NCBI GenBank assembly: GCA_001661245.1
Contig: KV454012.1
Coordinates: 1,471,741-1,535,740, forward strand
DNA from: Pachysolen tannophilus NRRL Y-2460
Taxonomy: Eukaryota
Direction: 5' to 3'
DNA: 64,000 nt
Within the stretch, counting starts at the first letter, position 1; each line of letters begins with the position of its first letter. This document shows positions 10,921 through 22,004 of the stretch, piece by piece. The notes below the pieces were generated by a model, which saw only the letters and a list, made by a program, of their open reading frames with translations, searched no databases and was not told the origin of the DNA. The translations under genes were made by a program, and so were the position numbers.

Positions 10921-11389
10921 AAGTAAACAAAAAAAAATTAAAATTAATAAAATTTCCTCTCAATAATACATCATGAATGAAAAAAATATATATATGAAAC
11001 TAGAACCAATAAGTAAAAAAAAAAAGAAAAGGAAAAATAAAAGAATTTATTATCTTTATTCAAAAGAAGTCATAATATTTCATTTTTGAAAAGTTTTAAG
11101 AAGTTTGATTCAATTAAAAAAAAATTTTTTTTTTTTCTTTTTTCCTTTTGCTTCTGTTGTATTCTAAGCAAATTATATGTTTTTTTTTTTCTTTTGTTTT
11201 ATTTATTCCTCTTAACGTTTTAGCCACTTAACATTATATAGAAATATTAAGGTAGTCTTTGTCAAATCGTTTTAAAAAGAATATATATATATATTTATTC
11301 TCCGTAGGCTTCTGCTTCTTTCTGCAGCTTCTGCTGTTTCTGATAGTAGCAGGAGGAACAAAAAAAAAAAAAAAAAAATTTTTCATGAA

Positions 11390-11463
11390 TGGTCCCTAGC
11401 AGGATCGAACTGCTGATCTCCGCGTTATTAGCACGGCGCCTTAACCAACTGGGCCAAGGGACC
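11390..11463 (-). tRNA. tRNA-Ile (anticodon AAT)
   Basis: Reverse complement GGTCCCTTGGCCCAGTTGGTTAAGGCGCCGTGCTAATAACGCGGAGATCAGCAGTTCGATCCTGCTAGGGACCA folds as a cloverleaf with A/B boxes; oligo-T terminator downstream. Confidence 0.97.
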
Positions 11464-11699
11464 TTTCCATTATGCTACAGTAAAAGGATTTGCTATCTGA
11501 CGCACACACGCATAGAAACAGACTTATTGCTAATCTTTCATCAACATCCCCTTTTCCATATATTAACTATACTTTAGCCATAGGATGTACATTTATTACC
11601 CCTAATTTTTTAACTTCAAGATATATATATATATATATATATAAATATAATAATAAAAATAATAATAAAAATAAAAAAAAAATTTATGAAATTCTCTAT

Positions 11700-14600
11700 C
11701 TATACATTGTTCAGTAATTTTTCAGATTGGTTGTTTTCTGTCTCTTTAGTTGTGGTTGTCAGTTTATTCACTTCTTTAACTCTATTTTTCGATTTAGGAA
11801 CTCTGAATAACCAGTAAAAACAAATTGTAACAGCAATATTAAAGAAAATATAACAAAGAAATATACCATAATTTCTCCATTTTAGTGAATAATTTATGGA
11901 AAGTTCTTCCAAATAAGTATTTGTATACTTTCCAGTGCAGTAGCTGCAATCAGATGTTGCATTATCATATAACAAATATCCACTTGCCACATCAATGTAA
12001 TCTTCCATATATTCTCCACATGTTAATCCTGAAGGTGGATCAAAATGGACATATTCTTCATCAGAACATGTTATATCTGAATTTCCAATTGCTGTTGCTA
12101 ACATTGCCCCAACTAAATAAGTGAAAGGTGAAACTCTATACATGAATATCCAAAAACCTGGTAATTGAGTTGGAGTAGCCAAGACACCACAAAATAAAAG
12201 ACACATTGTAAAACTAACCATTGCTATATTGGCAGCATTATCAGAAATTTCAATACCAGCAATACAAGCTTGACCAAATGTCATTGTGAAAACATAAAAT
12301 GCAACTGATAATAACCAGAATAATGCACCACGTTCATGTAATTCCTGAGTTGTTGATGCATTGTTATATAATCCAACTGGGTAATAATAACAGAAAAAAG
12401 CAATAGTACCACATAAAATTTGCCATGGGATTTCAACAGTTATTTGAGCACATATGAATGCAAGCCATGAAAATGTTTTTGAAGGCCTTTCTCTTGCTTC
12501 ATATAAATCTCTTTGGGAAACATAGTTTGGAAGCATTTGATGATTCAAAGTATTAAAAGTAACTAAAAACATAAAAATTGAAAACATTTGATTTTGAAGA
12601 CCTTGAAGTGATTTCTTGGCATGAAAAAATGAAAACCCATCAAAAAGTGGTGCTGTAGTAGATAAAAGTAATTTGGACCAAAGATACGAAGGCTTTCTCC
12701 AATACTGCTGAAAGACTCTCCTCGTAACAATAATATATTGTAAGTACAATGGAGCAGCAAATTCTTTGTGAATCTCAGCAGAATCACTTACTGGGATTTT
12801 AACCAACTCTCTTTCCATTTCTTCTAATTCAGCAATAACGGCTTTATGCTCTTCTGAATCCAACCATACTTGATGATAATCTTTATTGGGATGTGATCCA
12901 GGTGCAGCACCAATAATTTCCAACATAAATTCAGCTGGATTACAACTTTTTGGAAATTTAGCAGATCCATGACTTTCAAAATATTTTATCAAAGTTTCAC
13001 ATCCTGGTCCCAAATCTCCAAAATAAACTGTCTTTCCACCTTCTTTTAAAAATAATAATCTATCAAACTCTTGTAATAATATAGCTGACGGTTGATGAAT
13101 AGTACATAAAACCGCTTGTCCATGATCTGCTAATTTTCTAATCAATTTACAAATTGACCAAGCAGTCTGAGAATCCAAACCAGAAGTAGGCTCATCTAAA
13201 AACAATAACAATTCTGGTTTAGCAGCTAATTCTACACCAATTGTTAATCTTTTCCTTTGTTCAACATTCAAACCTTCACCACTAACACCAACAACCGCAT
13301 TTGCATACTTGGACATTTCTAAAATGCTGATAACAGATTCAACGTAACTTTCTTTTTCTGACTTAGAAACAGAAGCTGGTTGACGAAGATATGCAGAAAA
13401 TCTTAATGCTTCCCTTACTGTTGAAGTTTCTAAATGCAAATCCTGTTGTTGAGCATAACCCGTAGACCTTTGAAAAGACGAATCTCTTAATCTGCCGTTG
13501 ACAAATATATCACCTGTAACAACTCCCATTGTGACACGACTAGCTAAAACATCTAATAAAGTTGTCTTTCCAGCACCTGTGGCTCCCATTAAGGCAGTTA
13601 AAGTTCCTGGTTTGACCCAACCATCAACATTTGATAAAATTCTTCTGACTTGGTTTTTAACTTTAATGTCGTAACAAACATTTCTCCAGTGAAATATATC
13701 TTTCCCCTTAATTAACTTTTTAATGTCTTCTGAAGAAGCTTCAGATTCATTATCTTCCAAAAATATTTTCGAAACAGATGATCCAGCTTCAATATCCCTA
13801 GCTTTGTTTTTCTGCTCCTTCTTTAATTTCCTCAAAGTAGATCTTTGAAATAAAGTGATATCTCCCTTTTGCATAGCACCCCTATTAAATTCAATTAAAC
13901 CCAAGTAAGTACCAAGGAAAAATAGAACAAACCCTACCATGATACCCCAATTTCTCCATCTATGAGAGTAACGATAATCATAAGATTCTTCAAGATAAGT
14001 AGTACCATTGACATAATCATATCCAGCTACTGAGCCAACAACTGAACACACTTTATAATCTAAACTGACGTTGTCATAAGCTGAGCCAGAAGGAATGAAT
14101 TCAGAGCATGTAAAAGTTCTTCCAACAAACTCATTAGTCATCATAGCCTCAAAAGCATAACCAACTGGATTAAGGTAATTGATCCATCTGGACCATCCTA
14201 ACATACTTGGAGTTGGAAGAACAAAACCAGCATAAATACTAAACGCCAAAAGCAAAATGGAAGCTGGGGTCATGGCTTGGGATAATGTCTTTGACGCTGA
14301 AGCTATTGTTCTGTAAATATGCGACATCGAATAAACAGCAGTAGTGACAATTAAGTAATAGAAGAAAAAATGACCTGGACTTCTTCTGAAATTAACCATG
14401 AAATACAATATTAAGTTGAAGCATAAAGATGTGACTAATTTTGGAGGAGATTCTGTAATAACTGAAGCCAACCCATCTGCTGAAGGATGATACAAAGCAT
14501 ATTGCTTATGCTTTTCTACTATTGGACGAGCATCGAATAATGTCATAACTTCAAGCAACGACGAAAAAGAATTGAATAGAACAGCCGTAAACATTGCAGC

Positions 14601-16283
14601 GCATCTGAAAAAAAATGACGAAGTATTTGGTTGTAAATCATAGAAAATTGATGAAATCACTAAACTCATTAAACTATTACTGAGAACTTGTGTCAAAGTA
14701 ATTGATGGATCACCTCTAGTTCTTTGGAAATTTCTCCTCATGACATTTTTTATTTGCATAAAATAAGATACTGTGTAAGAAGATGAGGGTCTAATATGTT
14801 TAGATTGCCTTGCAATATGTGATTCTTTAAAAGCATCTTTATGTTCAGAATCTACCTCTGTAATTTTCAAATATTCATCTATCTCTTTAATTAAGACTTT
14901 ATAATCTGGAGATTCTCTCCAATATTTTTCAAATTCTTCCAGAGTTCTTGGAACTTTATTTTCAAAGCCCGGTTTCACTATCCGTTCCGCTGGATTAGTC
15001 ATTGAAGTCAAAAAGTCAGCAGTGGTTTGTCTTTGAGGACATTCGTAACCCATATCAGAGAAAAACTTTTTAGCCTTTTTAGTGGAACCAAAATAAATTT
15101 GACGTCCTTCGTACAATACAATGGCTTTATCAAATAAGTCATAGGCATCTTGAGAACCTTGATAAATAGCTATCAACGGTGTTGCATCTAATATTGAAGC
15201 AGAAGCTTTCAAAGCTTTAATAAATTCCAAAGCTGTAGCAGAATCTAAACCTCTGGTAGAATTATCCCAACATTGGAGAGAAGCACTTGATAAAGCAACT
15301 TCAGCAATTGAAACTCTTTTCCTTTCACCTCCAGAAATACCTCTAACCAATTCATTACCAACTTTGGAGTCGTATGTATGAGATAATCCATACATTGCCA
15401 TATAAACGGCTGTCATATGTTTTGCATATTGTTCACGTGAAATCCCAGGAACTCGATTTTCAGGAGTTCTTAATCTTGCAGCAAATTCTAAAGTCTGACC
15501 AACAGTTAAATGTGGGAAATGAACATCTGTTTCAGCGCTATATACGACATCACCCCTATAGTGACGAATAATGTCCTTTTGACTAATACCGTCATAAGAA
15601 ATAATGGAATTTTTATCAACATGGAAACCATAAGTATGTGCACTAATTGTTTTTAACAAGGTTGAACAACCTGAACCAGGTCTTCCCAAAACCACTGTTA
15701 ACTCTCCCGGTTTTATTAAGGCATCCATTGGCTTCAAGATGGAAAAATAACGAGACTCATCTTTTCTTGAAAAAATTTTACGAATAAAATGACCTAAAAG
15801 CTTACCTGGAAGATTTACCAATGTATCTTGATAATCAGCAACTACAGAAACTCCATAACATCTTAAATTCTTGTAACCGACTCCCAAGACTGCTGGTTTA
15901 TAATATTCCGGATCCTGGTCCCTTAACACTTTTAAATTTTTAATCCAAAACTTGGAATCAAATTGATCAGAATATGGATCTAACCTCGGATCTACGCCTC
16001 CTGCAAAAGTGTTAACACCAGGAACATCTGCCATTGAATTCAAAGACTTCATTGTTTCAATCATATTCAAAGGAAGTTCATCATCTCCAGGCTCCCTTTC
16101 GGAAGAGCTTGAAGTTTCCGACCTCCGTAAAGAACTCAGAGACTCATTTGTTAATTTTCTAGCCAAATCTCTTACAGATCTCTGTTCTTCTTCACTAAAA
16201 CCTTGATAACCTGGTACTTCATTGAAAGTAGACACAACAGAAATTGTCTCGACCTCGTCGCCCTCAGGCAGACTTGAACTCAT
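11700..16283 (-). CDS. PDR-subfamily ABC multidrug transporter (Pdr5/Cdr1-like)
   Basis: 1527 aa with (NBD-TMD)2 layout; GRPGSGCST, SGGERKRVSIAE, CWDNSTRGLD, GATGAGKTT, LNVEQRKRLTIGVEL and LDEPTSGLD motifs. Confidence 0.97.
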   Translation of the reverse strand: MSSSLPEGDEVETISVVSTFNEVPGYQGFSEEEQRSVRDLARKLTNESLSSLRRSETSSSSEREPGDDELPLNMIETMKSLNSMADVPGVNTFAGGVDPRLDPYSDQFDSKFWIKNLKVLRDQDPEYYKPAVLGVGYKNLRCYGVSVVADYQDTLVNLPGKLLGHFIRKIFSRKDESRYFSILKPMDALIKPGELTVVLGRPGSGCSTLLKTISAHTYGFHVDKNSIISYDGISQKDIIRHYRGDVVYSAETDVHFPHLTVGQTLEFAARLRTPENRVPGISREQYAKHMTAVYMAMYGLSHTYDSKVGNELVRGISGGERKRVSIAEVALSSASLQCWDNSTRGLDSATALEFIKALKASASILDATPLIAIYQGSQDAYDLFDKAIVLYEGRQIYFGSTKKAKKFFSDMGYECPQRQTTADFLTSMTNPAERIVKPGFENKVPRTLEEFEKYWRESPDYKVLIKEIDEYLKITEVDSEHKDAFKESHIARQSKHIRPSSSYTVSYFMQIKNVMRRNFQRTRGDPSITLTQVLSNSLMSLVISSIFYDLQPNTSSFFFRCAAMFTAVLFNSFSSLLEVMTLFDARPIVEKHKQYALYHPSADGLASVITESPPKLVTSLCFNLILYFMVNFRRSPGHFFFYYLIVTTAVYSMSHIYRTIASASKTLSQAMTPASILLLAFSIYAGFVLPTPSMLGWSRWINYLNPVGYAFEAMMTNEFVGRTFTCSEFIPSGSAYDNVSLDYKVCSVVGSVAGYDYVNGTTYLEESYDYRYSHRWRNWGIMVGFVLFFLGTYLGLIEFNRGAMQKGDITLFQRSTLRKLKKEQKNKARDIEAGSSVSKIFLEDNESEASSEDIKKLIKGKDIFHWRNVCYDIKVKNQVRRILSNVDGWVKPGTLTALMGATGAGKTTLLDVLASRVTMGVVTGDIFVNGRLRDSSFQRSTGYAQQQDLHLETSTVREALRFSAYLRQPASVSKSEKESYVESVISILEMSKYANAVVGVSGEGLNVEQRKRLTIGVELAAKPELLLFLDEPTSGLDSQTAWSICKLIRKLADHGQAVLCTIHQPSAILLQEFDRLLFLKEGGKTVYFGDLGPGCETLIKYFESHGSAKFPKSCNPAEFMLEIIGAAPGSHPNKDYHQVWLDSEEHKAVIAELEEMERELVKIPVSDSAEIHKEFAAPLYLQYIIVTRRVFQQYWRKPSYLWSKLLLSTTAPLFDGFSFFHAKKSLQGLQNQMFSIFMFLVTFNTLNHQMLPNYVSQRDLYEARERPSKTFSWLAFICAQITVEIPWQILCGTIAFFCYYYPVGLYNNASTTQELHERGALFWLLSVAFYVFTMTFGQACIAGIEISDNAANIAMVSFTMCLLFCGVLATPTQLPGFWIFMYRVSPFTYLVGAMLATAIGNSDITCSDEEYVHFDPPSGLTCGEYMEDYIDVASGYLLYDNATSDCSYCTGKYTNTYLEELSINYSLKWRNYGIFLCYIFFNIAVTICFYWLFRVPKSKNRVKEVNKLTTTTKETENNQSEKLLNNV

Positions 16284-17311
16284 CTCTCTCTTCCGAATAA
16301 AATTGTTTTCCGATATTGACTTGCACTATCAATAAATATATGTACGTATCTATGCGTGTAGTTTTATATCTATCTATCTCTCTCTATATATATATATTAT
16401 ATATATTTATATCTATTTATCAGACCAGTATATTGAAGAATGGTACTATTCCAATAAATATAAACAATATCCAAAGAAATAAAATCCAAGAGCATATATT
16501 TATATGAAACAAAAAATGAGCCGTATACATTTAGACATTATTCCAAGTCATATTATTTTATTTGAATCTAATTCGGAGTTAAAGAAATTATCTGTCGATA
16601 AAAAATATTCTCAACTATATCTGGAAGTATGATGACAAAATATTGGGGAGTACTTTACATAGTAAGGCTAGCTGGCCCATACCTCTTTCTTCTTAGAAAA
16701 AAAAAAAAATGGCAAGATAGGTTATTCGGGTGGTATCAGCTATCTTTTAGAGTTCAAAACCTTGAAGCTCTATTAAAATGCAAAAAAATCATTCGAGCAG
16801 GCACAAAGTATCTTTATACGCGGGGTACATGCATATTTAAGAATTAAGTCACACACTAACAAATATCGGCTTTAAAAAATTTTTTTTTAACAGCCGAATA
16901 AACAAGCTTTATAACTTTGATGAAGTAAAGTAGAATGTATTACTTGCCCGGAAAAAGAATTTTTCCATAATGGATGATTGGATCTATCTATCTATATATA
17001 TATATATATATATATTAAACCAGGATAATTTGAAATCAAACTAATGTTGTATTATGTAGTACTTCACGAAAAAGATGCATGCTTCGGAGAACGATGATTT
17101 CTTGTTTTTTTTTTTTTTTTTTTTTTCTTTTTCACTGTTATTGTTCTTGCGGCGGCTGAAATAAAGTAAGCCTTTTGAGGTACTAAACAAGCGGATACAC
17201 TGCTCTTCCGGAGCACATGTTTTATTTTTTTTTACTTTGGCAGAAGAGTTCTTGAATTTAATATATATATTTATATAAAAATAAAGATTGAGGAAAATTT
17301 TTTTTGGAAGC

Positions 17312-19692
17312 TCATTTTTGTTGCAAAAAGGCGTAGCTTAGCTCACGATTTATACATTTTCTGTACAATAAAATTAACTCTTCCAAAGTTTCAGGAAATT
17401 TTTTATGTTGATCATTTAAAGTTTCTAATAATATTAATCTCCAATCTTTTTCACTATTTGAGATTTTTGATAAAGTTTCATCACAAACAGCAAATTCATA
17501 TAATGATTGACAATCATCAAATTGAATTATTAAATTTTTTTCCTTTTGTGTTAGATTTACTGGATTTTTTTTCTTAAATTGTTTGATTAAATCCACAAAA
17601 TTATCTTCAAAATTTTCGATCAATTCAATAATTTTTATAAAATCTTCCTGTGATACTAAGCTCTTGTTGTAATAATCTTGATTTTCCTTTCTATTTATAA
17701 GAAGTAACACTAATAATTGACCAAGTAATAACGGTACATATTTATGCGGTAAATATTTAAAAGTCAACAATTTAACTAAATAATTTGAACTCTCTTTATA
17801 ATTTTCTTGTTTTTTTTTTGTAAAAATAATAAGAAAAGTGCATAAGGCGCCAAACATTGTCTTAAATTCAGAGGAAAATCAATATCTTGAAATTTTTTAT
17901 CGGATAAAATTAAAGAATTAATTAAATCATCTTTTACTGAGGCATTTTTAACAAGTGAATTTTCCAAAATTAACCAACATTTATCTTTTAGTACTTTTAA
18001 ATCACCACTTTTAGCAAATAATACTAAACTTTCAAATAAATTTCCTTGAGTAAATAATTTGCTTGCATTGACTTTTAAAACTGACGAAGCAGTTGAACCT
18101 AAACTTAACTTAGCACAAATTGACATGCACCATTCTAAATCATCATTCGTCTTACATTCATAATGTGGCAAATATTGTGAAATTATTAATCTTGACTTGG
18201 CACTGTTCAAACACATCAAGATACCAATCCCAACAGGTGTCAAGTCTCGATGACAAAGACATTCTAGAGCATGATCATTTAATAATAGTTCGGATATTGT
18301 TTGACTTTCTTTAGCTTCATTTAAACCTAAATTATCAAATTCTTCTTGCATAGATAAAATAAAATCATAATCACCATACAAACCTTTTGCTTCCAATAAT
18401 ATTGATAAATACGCTACTATCGATTTGTCTAAATTTTCTATTTTTCTTATTAAATTTAAATAATTCCCTTTAATCAAATCTAGGCAACATTGACTCCATG
18501 TATCTGATACAGTTTCATTAATAGGGAAATTCTCTAAAGATGTGTACAAATATTGACTTATCAAAGTCTCTGAGGGTAATTCAAACAAATATTTTGTTAC
18601 AAAGCATTCATACCAAGATGTTGAATTTTTGATAATTGCTGATTGTAAACCTGTCATAATCACTAGCAATTCATGAATGTTATCTTTAATAACTAAGTTT
18701 TCTGTTTCCTTTACCTTAACATTCACAAAATTATCTCTAAACTCACAACATTTTTGTTTCCATTCAATGAATTCAAAATTTTCAGTACCAAACTGAGTCT
18801 GATAAGAATTCAATATTGAAATTAAATCTTCAATAACTAAAAATAAGTCGTTTTCATTTTGTTCCAATTCTTCAAATTTTGATTCTTTCAATGTGTTGAT
18901 TGCTTGTTGAAACAAACCTCGGCTAACTAATTTTTTAATATAGTAATTCCACAACAAAGGATTCTTATATGGTTTTTCAAAACTCATTATTTCTTTTAAA
19001 ACTTCTACACTAGGTTCAATTTCAATTTTGTTAATCCAAATTGTCAATAAACCGATTTTTTCACTGGGTTTTGAAAAATATATGGCATGAATCAAGTTAG
19101 TTATATGCATAATATCTACTAATTGAGCCAAGTTATGAGATGCTTCACTATCTTGCTGTTCTTCGATCTTTAATGATTTCTGATTTATCAAATTGTCTAA
19201 ATCTGAAGATAACCTACTCATTATTCCATTCAAAATCAATTGCCTTTCTTCGAGTCTCAGATTTTTTGTTTCTATATCCTCTTCTATGATAACACCAAAT
19301 TGAACCTCTTTATTTTGACCAAGAAAATTGTGATAATCTTTATTTTTAATCAATTCTTCAAAATTCTTGAAACAATTTTTCAAAAAATTAAAAAATTCAT
19401 CTGAATTATCATTCATAGAATCCGTTAACTGAAATGGATACAACTTAGATTCCTCAGGAAAACACTTCTTACTTTTATCCACATTCGGATTAGAAGATAT
19501 ATAAGCGATACCAGAATTATCAACTGGATTTAATTCAAACTTTAAATCTCTACCAGTTTTCAACCAATTATCTACACCTCCCACAGGTATTGGTGCATCT
19601 ATTAGCCTCTTAATCGGAACATTTGAAACCGGATCCAATTCTATACCACCTTGATCCATGGTCACACTCTCTTCTTCTTCTAAAATTGCCAT
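17312..19692 (-). CDS. NUP85: Nup84-complex nucleoporin, split into two overlapping ORFs at a homopolymer (17810-17819)
   Basis: Helical protein with SWYECFV, TNDDLEWCMSICAKL and LRQCLAPYA; second frame (QENY...LYRKCINRELSYAFL) supplies the expected C-terminus. One extra base gives about 793 aa. Confidence 0.82.
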
Positions 19693-20189
19693 TTACGAAA
19701 TGATTAAAACTTGAACAATAAAGTGTTTTGTGATGTTTTATATTTACATCGATTTATTTTCAAAATTTGTTGTAAATTTAAATTCAGTTTGATACTTCGA
19801 AAACTACCTTTGTGTACCAATTTGTAACAGAAAGTGAAAAGACAAACCATGAGCTACAAGTTCAAGAAGCATTTAGATTGAAGCATGAAGCAAATATTGG
19901 AGTTTGCTCTACAGGTATCTTTATTGTTGTAAGTAGTTGCTTGGCCTTTTTTTTTTGCAACTTTTTTGTAATTTTTTTGCATTTTTTTTGCATTTGTTTT
20001 CCTAGGTTTACTTTTTTCAAAATCAAAAGCTTTGCGAAATAGAATGCAATTCAAATGGATAAATATATTACAACTCAATATAATAATATAAACATCTTCA
20101 AAAAAGAAAACTTGAGAATATAACAACGGAGTATTAGTTAAATATATGTATTATGAAAAAAAAAAAAAAAAAAAAATGTTGGTATGGGT

Positions 20190-21728
20190 TCAATTAGCTA
20201 AATGAGCTCTCAATAATTGTGCACTTAACGAAGAATTTGCGGCAACATAAAATCGTAAGTCGTTATCATCGTAATGACTTTCAGAAAAATTAATAGTCAC
20301 AGGACACTGGTCGATGATACGAGTTCTCGGCTTTCTAAGTTTTTGAATATCATTAATCAAAGACAAAACCTTGTCTTCAGGTACAGAACTGGTATTCTGA
20401 TCTTCTTCCGACATCCATGAAGTATCATGATCTTCAGAATGATCAATCATTGCCTCTTCATCTGCTTCTTGATGGTATTTGCCATTTTTCATATCGGGGG
20501 TTCCACTACCACTACTTATTTCTGCTCGTTTTTCAGTCTCTTGCTTATGATTGTTTTCATCGTAAACAACTTCATGATTATCTCCAACTGTTCGGCTACG
20601 TTGTAACGATAAAGGCTTCATCCATGCACTACTATTAGCAGACGGTGACAACGACTGAGCTCCATTTGGTGTAGACAAAGAAGAGCTGAAATTACGTGAA
20701 TGTGTCAATGAATGATCTGGTGATATTGGATCCATCGCTGTGGTGAACATACCTTCTGGAGATGACATATGAACAGGGTTTTCAATTTTCAAATGTCTTA
20801 AATTCAAATGTGTAGCCTTTGGATGGAAAGTCTTTGTTATTACAGCATTTGTCTTGTGTAAAGTTGATTCTCCAATATTAGCAGCCTCTTTTTTCATTCT
20901 TGTTTTAGTTACATTAAGAAACGAATCTTTTGATTCATAAGGTCTATAATCTTTTAATAAATCCAATCCTTCTAATTTGAATCTGGGTGTAGTAAAATCA
21001 TTTTCCCATTCTTGTATTATTTCTAGGAAAGAATTTGAATTCAATCCCAATGATGATGTTAAATGTTTAAAAGCATTGCTAATCAATATCAATATATCTT
21101 TCAGTTGAATTGTAAATGAAAAAATTAATTTATTTAAAAATTCTGATAAAATATCTAATGCTTCAGGTATAATAATTCTAATTTTTTCATCAATTTCGAA
21201 AAAAATTTTTGTTGATTTTTCCAATAAATCTTGTTCTTGCTTTAAATTTGAAGCATCTTTATCAGTAAAACTAGATTTTTTACTAATCATCTTTTGTACA
21301 TTATTATTATGTATATCATAATCCATTTTCTTATGACTTCTCTTCTTAAGCATTTTCTGATAATTTTCTAAAGCTGGAATCAATTCTTTACATCTATATG
21401 AAATAGTATTATCTAATAATTCAAATTTATAATCAATATCATCTTTTAATTTTGTCATTATATCCTTAAATTCTTGCAAATCTTCCAACAATACATCGGG
21501 TTCCGATTCAATCTCCTCAATCAACAATGATAAATTAAATTGGTCTTCCAATAAAGTTATACATGATTTCTTATACTTTGCTGTTTGTGATGCAAGAAAA
21601 TTTAAACCTGATATTGCAGTTGAAAGATCATTGTCCCATTGTACCACTATTTTATCTTCAATCGATTTTCTACCAATCAATTGATGGGGCGCTCTTTTAA
21701 AAGCTTTCTTGACTCCCTTGAGAGACAT
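20190..21728 (-). CDS. N-BAR/amphiphysin protein, Rvs167-like paralogue without SH3 domain
   Basis: MSLKGVKKAFKRAP amphipathic H0 helix and KKRSHKKMDYD BAR motif; low-complexity C-terminus. Confidence 0.75.
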   Translation of the reverse strand: MSLKGVKKAFKRAPHQLIGRKSIEDKIVVQWDNDLSTAISGLNFLASQTAKYKKSCITLLEDQFNLSLLIEEIESEPDVLLEDLQEFKDIMTKLKDDIDYKFELLDNTISYRCKELIPALENYQKMLKKRSHKKMDYDIHNNNVQKMISKKSSFTDKDASNLKQEQDLLEKSTKIFFEIDEKIRIIIPEALDILSEFLNKLIFSFTIQLKDILILISNAFKHLTSSLGLNSNSFLEIIQEWENDFTTPRFKLEGLDLLKDYRPYESKDSFLNVTKTRMKKEAANIGESTLHKTNAVITKTFHPKATHLNLRHLKIENPVHMSSPEGMFTTAMDPISPDHSLTHSRNFSSSLSTPNGAQSLSPSANSSAWMKPLSLQRSRTVGDNHEVVYDENNHKQETEKRAEISSGSGTPDMKNGKYHQEADEEAMIDHSEDHDTSWMSEEDQNTSSVPEDKVLSLINDIQKLRKPRTRIIDQCPVTINFSESHYDDNDLRFYVAANSSLSAQLLRAHLAN

Positions 21729-21880
21729 TGGATAAAGAAAAAGGATAAATTAAACTAATTAATTTGAACAATTCAAATTTTACAATATGATAATAAAGAT
21801 ATAGTTTAGTTACAGTTAATAATTGATTACACTGGAATTATATCCTCTTCGGCTTGCCTCCGGAAAAACAAGAAAAAAAA

Positions 21881-22004
21881 TAAGGAAAACATAAAAGTAG
21901 TGACTCTAATAACAAAATATCATTTTAGGAAAAAACACAAAGATAGTGACAAAAATAACAAAAACCCATTTTAGGAAAACAAAATGAAACAAGTAGTGTA
22001 CAAA
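21881..22004. repeat. About 46-bp degenerate tandem repeat (2.5-3 copies) in the BAR-gene promoter
   Basis: Recurring aggaaaa..ca..aaag.tagtgac....aataacaaaa...cattttagg units. Confidence 0.65.

Noticed and set aside
19812..20126. 76-aa and 90-aa ORFs between NUP85 and the BAR gene
   Set aside because: Non-ATG starts, low-complexity A/T-run translations, no motifs.
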